Part shown: positions 1 through 7,695 of the stretch, in pieces
Layout of the letters: each line of letters begins with the position of its first letter
Position numbering within the stretch: position 1 is the stretch's first letter
DNA from: Planctomycetota bacterium
GTDB taxonomy: Bacteria > Planctomycetota > SZUA-567 > H5-PLA8
Length of the DNA: 10,536 nucleotides
Assembly (NCBI GenBank): GCA_045863855.1
Contig: BTVV01000173.1
Location: 1-10,536, forward strand
Direction of reading: 5' to 3'
Translations under genes and position numbers: made by a program
Notes under the pieces: model-generated
The model's database searches: none
What the model was told of the DNA's origin: nothing
The model's input: the letters and a program-made list of their open reading frames with translations, nothing else

Positions 1-1
1 C

Positions 2-1372
2 GCGCAGTTGCCTAAGCCCAAGGACCGCTTCTACCCCGATTTGCCCGGGGGGTTCTTCAAGACGCAGAACCGTCTGGAGACCAAGGACGGGCTCAGCGCT
101 GTCGTCGATCCCGTCAACCTCACCGCGACCGATCCTAGCTATTACAACGGCATGTTCCTAGGCGTCCACGGCGGCAACAATCACGTCTATTTCGCCGCCG
201 TTGCCGGATTCGAGCCAGCGGCCAACCGCCTGACCTTCGCCCAGTTCAAGCCCTCGACCTACCCGAACACCAGCTACGCGCTTTTCAATGCGCCCAAGCT
301 GATCAGCGAGCCCGGCGAATGGTGTATCGCGCCGGTCGGCGACAAGCTCTTTCGCATCACCCTCCTGCCCGAGCGCTTGGTTGACGGCCTGCCGACCAAC
401 ATCGGCTTCCCCGAATTGCTTACCGGTATTGAGATCGTCGACGGCGCCTCGTACATTGCCATCCGCGGCTTCCTCATCCAGCGCTTCTCCGGCGGCGGCG
501 GAGCGGTGTCCATTGCCAAAGGAGCCAATCGCTCCGCCGGTATCGCGATCAGCGACTGCGAGATTCGCTTCGTCTCAGGCCACGCCGGCATCGGACCGCA
601 CCACTGCGACGACATCACGATCGAGAACTGCTACATTCACCACTGCCCGTCCTGGACCACCGCGATTTTCCTCAACCGCGTGAACCGCTTCGCGATACGC
701 GAATGTTATTTGATCAAGAATTCCGGAAGCGGTATCCGCCACTACGAATGCAAGAAGGGCGAGATCACCGGTAATGCTATTCTAGAGCACTACGGCATGC
801 ACTCCAGCACGATCAACGTCTACGAGGGCTGTGCCGACGTGCTGATCGAAGGGAACTACCTGCATAACACGCTGGCGATCAATCGAAACGCCGAGCGCAT
901 CACCATCCGCAACAACGTCATCGATTCGCAGAACAAGTCGGTGGTTAACTCCAGCATGTGGATTTCGGGCAGCGTCGGCGGCAAGGACCTCAAGGATATC
1001 CACTTCCTCAACAATACTTTCGTCAACGTCAGTCGCGGCCAGGACTGGTCGACCGCCATTTTCTGCCAGAGCGGAAAGGGAGCCAGCGCACCCAAGGGCG
1101 TGGTCGTGCGCGACAATGTCCTGGACCGCCTCACCGCAGGACTGCCCGGCGCCATCGCCGGCAACGTCTACCTGCGCGAAGTAGACCCGAAGTACATGGG
1201 CGAGAATTGCGTGGTGGTCGAAGATCAGGCCGCCCTCTTCGTCGATCCCTCCAACGGCGACTTTCGGCGAAAACCTGGCGGCGCGAACATGAACGCGGGC
1301 GCCAACGTACCGCCTCCACCTAAAGAGTGGCGCGGCAGAAGAACGATATCACACGCAAAAACCCAACCTTAA
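2..1372 (+). CDS. Right-handed parallel beta-helix (pectin lyase-like fold) protein, 5'-truncated; probable polysaccharide-acting enzyme
   Basis: The frame is open from base 2 (GCG CAG TTG CCT...), so the true start lies outside the window. Repeated beta-helix rungs: IAISDCEIRF, ITIENCYIHH, FAIRECYLIKN, EITGNAILE, VLIEGNYLHN, ITIRNNVID, IHFLNNTFVN, VVVRDNVL. The C-terminal FVDPSNGDFR motif is common in such proteins. Confidence 0.85.
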   Translation, partial: AQLPKPKDRFYPDLPGGFFKTQNRLETKDGLSAVVDPVNLTATDPSYYNGMFLGVHGGNNHVYFAAVAGFEPAANRLTFAQFKPSTYPNTSYALFNAPKLISEPGEWCIAPVGDKLFRITLLPERLVDGLPTNIGFPELLTGIEIVDGASYIAIRGFLIQRFSGGGGAVSIAKGANRSAGIAISDCEIRFVSGHAGIGPHHCDDITIENCYIHHCPSWTTAIFLNRVNRFAIRECYLIKNSGSGIRHYECKKGEITGNAILEHYGMHSSTINVYEGCADVLIEGNYLHNTLAINRNAERITIRNNVIDSQNKSVVNSSMWISGSVGGKDLKDIHFLNNTFVNVSRGQDWSTAIFCQSGKGASAPKGVVVRDNVLDRLTAGLPGAIAGNVYLREVDPKYMGENCVVVEDQAALFVDPSNGDFRRKPGGANMNAGANVPPPPKEWRGRRTISHAKTQP

Positions 1373-1530
1373 TTAAGCGCTTACGGATTATGGTTTGCCG
1401 AATTCCGCCTGTATGGCGAAAGGCAAACTGCGATAGCAGTTCGGTAAGTAAGGGCCAGAAAGTACGATCAGTAGGTGGAAATGAATACGTATTCCATAGG
1501 TAGGGGCCAGCCGTTTTCCGCATGTAACGG

Positions 1531-2862
1531 CTAATTTCCCTTCGCCGCGTAATCGCCGCGTTTCAGGCTTTTCACCACCGACACTTGCCACGCCGATAGC
1601 TTGGACTTCATCGCCTGCACGATTTCGGGCTTCGTCGCCGCCAGATCCTTGCTCTCCGCGGGATCGTCCACCAAGTCGTACAGTTCGAAGGTGCCGGCTT
1701 CTACCTTGTGCAGTTTGAAGCGATTCCCGGTCCACGCCGCGTGGCCGGAGTTCAGGTCGGTGAGAATCTTCGAACTCCCGTCCCAGAACCCAATCTCCTC
1801 TGGGCGTTCGGTCATCTTGCCGTCCAAGAGCGGCACGAGACTCACTCCGTCCAAAGGTTGAATCTGATCCTTCACCTTCGCCCCGGCCAATTCCAGGAGA
1901 GTGGGGTAGAGGTCGCTGGTTACCGCAGGCACACCGGTGACGGATCCTTTCTTGATCCGCGCAGGCCATTCGGCCAGCCCCGGAACGCGCACGCCGCCTT
2001 CCCAAAGCGTGCCTTTCTTACCGCGCAGTCCTCCGGTCGAACCGCGTTTCGCGCCGTTGTCGCTGTTAAACCAAAGCAGCGTGTTCTCGGCGACGCCTTT
2101 CGCGCGCAGCCCGGCGCGCAACGTGCCCATCGCGCGGTCCACGCCCAGGATTTCCCCGTAGTACGCGCCACCCGCTTGCCGGTCTTCGGGCAACGGATCG
2201 TGCGGGTCGTGTGGACTTCCGAACCAGACCACCGCGAGAAAAGGTTTCTTCGCCGCCACCGCGCGATCCACGAACTTCAGCGCCTCCGCGACGATCGCTT
2301 CCGAGCCGTCCCCGAGCAGCTTCTCTTCGCCCGTCCCGTTCCGTCCGAACGTCCAATCTCGTTCGAAATAGTTCGAGACGCTCAGCCATTCGTCGAAGCC
2401 CAGTTTTCCCGGACTCAGCGGATCGTCGTCCTTCAGCGGCCTTCCCGGACCGCTCAACCCGTTGAGATGCCACTTCCCGAAATGCCCCGTCACGTACCCG
2501 GCGGCCTTCAGCGCCTGCGCGATCGTCTGCTCCTCGATTCGGATCGGCTTTCCGGGTTGAAATGTGCCGTAGCGGCACGGATGCCGTCCGGTGAGCACGC
2601 TGCCTCGCGTGGGCGAACAGACTGGCGCCGCGGCATAAAACCGGTTCATGCGCAGTCCGCTGGCTGCCATCTCATCGAGGTTCCGGGTCTGGATCTCCTT
2701 TAAACCGTTGTAACTGACGTCGCCCCAGCCTTGGTCATCGGTCATACAAAGGATGATGTTCGGCCGCGGCGCTTCTTCATCTGCCCGTGCGAATGCCCCA
2801 TTTGCCAAGGCCCACCCCGCACCACCCAAGCTCGCAAGGAACGTCCTCCGATTCAAATTCAT
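1531..2862 (-). CDS. Formylglycine-dependent (S1, Cys-type) sulfatase with Tat signal peptide
   Basis: Motifs PNIILCMTDDQG, CSPTRGSVLTGR (CxPxR, 2605-2619), GYVTGHFGKWHL, NSDNG, RGKKGTLWEGGVRVP and ELYDLVDDPAES. The likely start is ATG at 2862 (MNLNRRTFLASLGGAGWALANGAFARA: twin-Arg RRxFL plus A-x-A site), preceded by GAGGG. The ORF track start at 2886 is less likely. Confidence 0.95.
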   Translation of the reverse strand: MNLNRRTFLASLGGAGWALANGAFARADEEAPRPNIILCMTDDQGWGDVSYNGLKEIQTRNLDEMAASGLRMNRFYAAAPVCSPTRGSVLTGRHPCRYGTFQPGKPIRIEEQTIAQALKAAGYVTGHFGKWHLNGLSGPGRPLKDDDPLSPGKLGFDEWLSVSNYFERDWTFGRNGTGEEKLLGDGSEAIVAEALKFVDRAVAAKKPFLAVVWFGSPHDPHDPLPEDRQAGGAYYGEILGVDRAMGTLRAGLRAKGVAENTLLWFNSDNGAKRGSTGGLRGKKGTLWEGGVRVPGLAEWPARIKKGSVTGVPAVTSDLYPTLLELAGAKVKDQIQPLDGVSLVPLLDGKMTERPEEIGFWDGSSKILTDLNSGHAAWTGNRFKLHKVEAGTFELYDLVDDPAESKDLAATKPEIVQAMKSKLSAWQVSVVKSLKRGDYAAKGN

Positions 2863-3391
2863 ATCAAGCGCCCTCGGGAATCTCACGTACTAGTACACCA
2901 ACGCAGATGCCTGAATTTGGAAAATTGAGTTTCGCTTCGTGGCCGGCAATTGATCGCGGAGCAGGTTGCTTTATGGCTTTGCCCAAGCTTGGTGGAAGGA
3001 AACCTACCCGAAGGGCTGCGAGGGCAGGCATGGTTAGGTTTGGTCGGATTTCTGTCGTTTCAAGGATGGCGTAGGTGGAATGCAAGCATCGGCGAGGCGG
3101 GTTGTTTAAACTCTCATGCAGGAGAGTGAGTAGAGCATGCTTAAAGGAATGACACTCGATTTAACCCTATCCACAGACCGAACGCGTCATGCCGCGCACC
3201 CGAAGCCACATCTTGGCGAGACGAACCATTTCGCGACTCATGGCCATAAACAGAGCTTGGAAGACGACCAGTCGGGCTATCGCGAAAATGCCAGAAAAGA
3301 GTCAATCGCTCGTTCCTGCTAGAACCTTTCCCTCGATAAAATTCCATCCTGCTCGGTGCACGCAGCGAACTCTGCGATAAACCCCATTCGC

Positions 3392-4750
3392 CTACGCTTT
3401 CGGCCGCAGCATCCGGAACTGGTCCACGCATTCATGGCGAGTCGTCCCATTGTATTCGTAGACGAACGTTTCGGTTAGGAGGGCCTCCGGCGTGATCGTC
3501 ATTTCGCCGTAACCGGTGTACTCACCTTCGAACTTCGGCTTCCCGTTGTTGGCAACCAGATCGTTTTCGAGCGCCTGGGTGTACTGGTACCACATGGAAG
3601 GACTTTGCATGTAAATGGTGCCCTTCGTGTCCGCCGGATACTCCGACTTCTCTTTCGTGGTCGCTTGGCCGGAGCCCTGAAAAAGGATGGGTAGCGATCG
3701 CTGGTGGATGTGCCGGTGCCCGAAGAGGCATAATCGCACGCCGCCTTCCTGGTCGAAGATATCGCAGATGCCTTGCTTGCCCAAATCGGTGCTTTTGGCA
3801 GCCCACTGGTAAACTTGGTGGTGTTGCACGTCCACGATAGTGTCGGCGCCGTGTTGCTGCTTTAGACTGCGGATGCTGTTGCGGAGCCACTCGCCGCCCA
3901 TGCCGGTCCGGCGCATCTGCCAGCCCACGCCACCGAAGTTGAAATACCAATTCGCCGCGCGGTCCGATGCCGGTCCGTTGCCCACCGCGGGAAGGTAGTC
4001 GGAGTAGATGGAGAGATCCTTATCCGTGACCCACTCGTGGTTGCCCGGGCAAGGCACCAGGATCGCGTTGGCGCAGACTTCGCGCATAATCCGGAAGAAG
4101 GTCTCGTATTCCTCGCGTCGGCTCCCTTTCTGGACGATGTCCCCGCCCAGCACAAGCATATCGGGTGCGAACTTTTTAATGTCCTCCATCGCGTGCCCGT
4201 AGCGCGTGAAGAAATCGCCCGCACCCTTCTCGCCGGCCTCGACCGACTGCGGCGCGTGGCAGTGGAAGTCGAAGAAGAGCGCTAGCTTGGTGCGTTGCGC
4301 GCGCTGCCCTGTCTTGGGCGAGGTCCGGAAACGGTGGATCGGGCTCTCATAATCGCCCAGCTTGAGGCGATATTGGTATTCCGCATCCGGCGCGAGGTCC
4401 TTCAGTTCGAGCACATGCTTATCGGCAGCCGTGAACGCGGTTTCCTTCTCGCCGGGACTCTTGAGGCCGTACGTCAGTCGTCCGGCGGCCAGTCGGGTCT
4501 TGTCGTCGGTTCCGCGGAAGGCGATCCGGATCTGCTCATGGGGGGCTTCCGTCGGAAGCAGGTACGGCCCCAGCAGAGGCAGATCGTCCACCTGGACGCC
4601 CAGCACGTCTTTGCCCTCGGCCGCCACCGCAGGCACGCGCAACAGGCATGAATTCAGCAAAGCCCATCCTCCCGTCGCCGCGAGCCCTGTCTTCAGGAAT
4701 TGCCGCCGGCCGCAACCGAACCGGCCATCGCTTTCAGATCGTGCGGACAT
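3392..4750 (-). CDS. Tat-exported calcineurin-like metallophosphoesterase with N-terminal FN3/PAP-N-like domain
   Basis: Twin-Arg signal GRRQFLKTGLAATGG...AVAA and FN3-like HVLELKDLAPDAEYQYRL...RFRT. Metal motifs DFH, GGDIV, PGNHE, QHH and FGHRH occur in canonical order. ATG at 4750 has an AGAGGAG RBS just upstream. Confidence 0.9.
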   Translation of the reverse strand: MSARSESDGRFGCGRRQFLKTGLAATGGWALLNSCLLRVPAVAAEGKDVLGVQVDDLPLLGPYLLPTEAPHEQIRIAFRGTDDKTRLAAGRLTYGLKSPGEKETAFTAADKHVLELKDLAPDAEYQYRLKLGDYESPIHRFRTSPKTGQRAQRTKLALFFDFHCHAPQSVEAGEKGAGDFFTRYGHAMEDIKKFAPDMLVLGGDIVQKGSRREEYETFFRIMREVCANAILVPCPGNHEWVTDKDLSIYSDYLPAVGNGPASDRAANWYFNFGGVGWQMRRTGMGGEWLRNSIRSLKQQHGADTIVDVQHHQVYQWAAKSTDLGKQGICDIFDQEGGVRLCLFGHRHIHQRSLPILFQGSGQATTKEKSEYPADTKGTIYMQSPSMWYQYTQALENDLVANNGKPKFEGEYTGYGEMTITPEALLTETFVYEYNGTTRHECVDQFRMLRPKA

Positions 4751-4936
4751 AGGTTGTTCTCCTCTCATCATATACGCTGCGTTAAGGAATCGCGAAGGAG
4801 TGGTACGTGCACAATTCCTGCATGCCGATTCCAGAATGGCAGTTTTAGTGAATTCTCTCGCTCAGGGTGGCTGGGAAGATTGAACGACGAACAGGTATGG
4901 CCCAAGACGGCACCTGAGTAAGGCCCTACCCAATCG

Positions 4937-6403
4937 TCAAGAGCGCTGGGCGCTGATGGGAGGTACGCCCCATTGCTTCTTGAAGGCGCGGCTGAAATAT
5001 GAGGAAGATCGGAAACCAAGGCGCAGCGCCACGGCTTTCACAGACGCACCGGGCTCGCGTAGAAGCGTCTTGGCCAGTTCCAGTCGGCGCCGCATGAGGT
5101 ATGCGCCGACGCTCTCGCCCATTTCGCGGGAGAAGACTCGGTTTAAATGGTCCGGGGTCAGGCCAAGGAGCTTAGCCAGCTCGTCGCGCCCGCGTAATTG
5201 TCCGAGGTTCGCTTCGATCTGCCCTAGGGCTTGCCGTACGAGCGGATGCTTCACGCCCTTTCCCGCCGGAGCGCGCTCGCGCCCGCTCAGTCGGTCGAGA
5301 AACCGCTCCGGCTCGGCACGCTCGGCCAGCGCGGTGCGAATGGCCCATTCGAGCGCCCGCCACGCATCGTCCGTGCGGTCGAAGATCAGCAAGGGGCCGT
5401 CGAGTAGCTTCGAGGCATAACGGAATAAAGGCCGGCGCTCGGCGAGTTCCGGATCACTCCAAAGCGCGCGATATGGCGTGAAGCAGATCGTACTCTCCCT
5501 TTCGAGTCGTTTAACGAAGGCAGACTCGAGCAGCCGGCCGAGGGCCTCGAGGGCCGTTTCCGGTTCGATGGTATTCAGCGGGATGCACCATGCTTTGCCG
5601 TGTACCGGTTGGACGGGCTTATGCTTCCCGGCGGCGTGCTTGCGCGCGGGAAAGCGCGAGAGCGTGACATCCCGCGCCTGTGCGCGCGAGAATGTGCGAA
5701 GACCGTTCAGCCAGCCGGCCCACGCTTGGCAGGCGCGGCGCGCGAAGAGCTCTACGGCGCGATCCTTGAACTGATCGTCGAACGACTGGGTCAGCGTACC
5801 TTCGTCCAGCCAGCCACCATTACGGGTGGCGTGAAGAATCCAGGCGTACGCTTCGGCGAGCGGTTCGGGCTGGCGCAGCAAGCGCTCAAGTGGCAGATCC
5901 CAGCGTACGCCATGCGCAGCAAAGGCCGAGAGAAGGAAGCCCATGCGCGGATTGTAGGCGCTACCGGTGACCGCGATGCGCAGCGCGCCGGGCCCGGGCT
6001 CAACGCGGCGCTCGAACTCCTTCAGTCCATTGAAAGCCGCCGCATCCTCAGCCTCATCCGCCCCACGCCAACGTGCCAGTACGTAGGGCTCGACGTCGTC
6101 AGGCATGCCGTAGAGGACCCCGTCCACTCGGCAGAGCGAGAGAAACGTCTCATCGGGGCGTGGTGCGCGCGCGCGATCCAAGAGGGGCGAGAGCGGGAGC
6201 AGGAGGCCGCGCCGCGCATAGCGGAGCAGTTCGCCATAGGCCAGCGGTACCAGCGCCAGTGGCGTACGCGGCGCGTCCAGTTCGAGGCGCAGGCGTTCGT
6301 GCGCGCTCTCGCCGCTAGGGGTCTTCAGCCAATGGAGCTTCGGCGCCTGCTCGCGGTACGTCTCGGGATCGGCGCACCAGCCGTATATTCGGCGGAGGCT
6401 CAT
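4937..6403 (-). CDS. AraC-family transcriptional regulator with N-terminal solute-binding-protein-like (family 1, sugar) domain
   Basis: The C-terminal ~100 aa are a clear AraC double HTH (ELAKLLGLTPDHLNRVFSREMG...RRLELAKTLL...VKAVALRLGFRSSSYFSRAFKKQWGVPP). The N-terminal region has SBP-1-like patterns: ARRGLLLPLSPLL, VDGVLYGMP and HGKAWCIPLNTIEPETALEAL. No signal peptide or lipobox is visible. Confidence 0.88.
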   Translation of the reverse strand: MSLRRIYGWCADPETYREQAPKLHWLKTPSGESAHERLRLELDAPRTPLALVPLAYGELLRYARRGLLLPLSPLLDRARAPRPDETFLSLCRVDGVLYGMPDDVEPYVLARWRGADEAEDAAAFNGLKEFERRVEPGPGALRIAVTGSAYNPRMGFLLSAFAAHGVRWDLPLERLLRQPEPLAEAYAWILHATRNGGWLDEGTLTQSFDDQFKDRAVELFARRACQAWAGWLNGLRTFSRAQARDVTLSRFPARKHAAGKHKPVQPVHGKAWCIPLNTIEPETALEALGRLLESAFVKRLERESTICFTPYRALWSDPELAERRPLFRYASKLLDGPLLIFDRTDDAWRALEWAIRTALAERAEPERFLDRLSGRERAPAGKGVKHPLVRQALGQIEANLGQLRGRDELAKLLGLTPDHLNRVFSREMGESVGAYLMRRRLELAKTLLREPGASVKAVALRLGFRSSSYFSRAFKKQWGVPPISAQRS

Positions 6404-7237
6404 GGGCGGCGAGATAGATTTTGGCCTTGAAAAATAAGCATCCTTCGCAGCCCAAGCACCGAAGGCGTAAAGGTCGCCAGGAACAGCGTTGTATGCCGGT
6501 AGCCCATGACTCTAGAATACCCGCTCGATACAAGCAGAAAAGGAAGGACTTTCTTGTTGGAGCGGAAAGTCAGAAGGTCCGCATGGCCGGTTAAGCCCCG
6601 TTAGGTTTTCGAAAGATCAGCCGAACAAATTGAAGCGCATGGATAGCGCCAAGTCGAATGCTTCGGTCGCTCTAAGGCAGTTTAAGTGCCACTGCCGCCA
6701 ATCGTGGTGTCCGTACTTCTGAATGTCCCTGCGCTGAAAACGGTGATCTCATAAGCCTGTTCGTCGCCGAACCTACCGAAAGTGGGTATCCACGCGAAGC
6801 GATCACGCTGCGTACTTCTAACAACTCTCGGGTCTGCGCCCCAATCCGTCCTGCGCGACGATTGTTGCAAAAGGGGTTTATCAGCCTCGACGACTTTCGG
6901 GTTCTCGATTTTGAGCACTGTAATGAAAGCTACGCGGCGAGTCAGCAGCCGACTCTTGATGGGCTCGTAGGACGCGGATAAGATCAATAGCGGTGGTCTT
7001 GGTCGAATCCTGAAACACAACTCCGGATTGGCAAGGATAAGATTTAGGCATTCAGCGCAGTCTAGAGCGATTTTTCTGCGGCGGATTTCAGGGATATCTC
7101 GTCGGGATTGCCTGGGGTGGGATACCGGATTCAATTGTGATAGGGCATTCTTGACCGACACCGTTTGCAATGGATGGAGTTTTGTTGCGGCATAATTTTC
7201 CTGTGCTGCTAGTCATTTGCGAGTAGAAGATGGCCAC

Positions 7238-7259
7238 TTACAAGAGTCATTACAAGAGT
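7238..7259. repeat. Direct repeat TTACAAGAGT x2 (12-bp period) upstream of the tRNA; candidate integrase arm-type sites
   Basis: Perfect 10-mers at 7238-7247 and 7250-7259, plus a degenerate related copy AGTCATTTGCGAGT at 7211-7224. Confidence 0.6.
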
Positions 7260-7327
7260 GACTTGGGCCGATATTTTTCGAGAACGGTGCCAAACTTTTA
7301 GCGTGAAGTATTCTATGTAAAGTACTC

Positions 7328-7404
7328 GTCCCCGTAGCTCAGTTGGATAGAGCGCTGGTTTCCTAAACCGGAGGTCGCAGGTTCGAATCCTGCCGGGGAC
7401 GCCA
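7328..7404 (+). tRNA. trnR: tRNA-Arg (anticodon CCT, reads AGG)
   Basis: Full cloverleaf: acceptor GTCCCCG/CGGGGAC, D arm GCTC-AGTTGGATA-GAGC, anticodon arm CTGGT-TTCCTAA-ACCGG, T arm GCAGG-TTCGAAT-CCTGC, discriminator G and encoded CCA. Confidence 0.98.
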
Positions 7405-7484
7405 AATCGAAAAGCGCAGGGGAGTGCAGAATAGCGCAAACGCGCGCAACTCAAAGCGTAGTGTACACGCTGCGGGAATTTATC

Positions 7485-7557
7485 TTGGCGGCGCATACTG
7501 CAAACGATTGCAAACGGGTGCCTAACGTTGCAACCCCTACCGCCAAGGGGCCGCCAA
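7485..7557. repeat. att-arm-like repeat cluster downstream of the tRNA
   Basis: TTGGCGG at 7485-7491 is inverted relative to CCGCCAA at 7540-7546 and 7551-7557. Between them lie four 10-bp-phased units starting at 7499, 7509, 7519 and 7529 (TGCAAACG, TGCAAACG, TGCCTAACG, TGCAAC). Confidence 0.7.
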
Positions 7558-7695
7558 AGAACTGCGGCTATGCCGAGAAATTAGGCGCCTATGCGCCGAT
7601 CTCACGCGCAAAATAGGTTGGGCTTCGTTCGCGCGGAAATTTCGACCTACGTGGCCACGGGACGCGAACGGGGCGTCTCCCACGCCACGCGCGGA

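Noticed and set aside
1418..1445. GAAAGGCAAAC resembling the start of a c-di-GMP-I riboswitch
   Set aside because: It lacks the GAAA-capped stem followed by GACGCAAA and the second stem, and it lies between two 3' ends.
1471..3080. GTAGGTGGAA at 1471 and 3071 flanking the sulfatase as a possible target-site duplication
   Set aside because: A single 10-mer match among this much intergenic DNA is expected by chance, and there are no transposase or terminal repeats.
1708..6430. Long plus-strand ORFs such as 1708-2703 and 5600-6430
   Set aside because: These are shadows of the well-supported minus-strand genes in GC-rich DNA.
7238..7557. Short repeats as a CRISPR array
   Set aside because: The units are 7-10 bp and nearly abutting, with no unique spacers and no cas genes.
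7520..7623. Possible integron attC on the - strand after the ConA-like gene (GCCCAAC ... GTTAGGC match RYYYAAC/GTTRRRY)
   Set aside because: There are no complementary L''/L' boxes or long internal hairpin, no cassette array and no IntI. The att-arm interpretation fits better.
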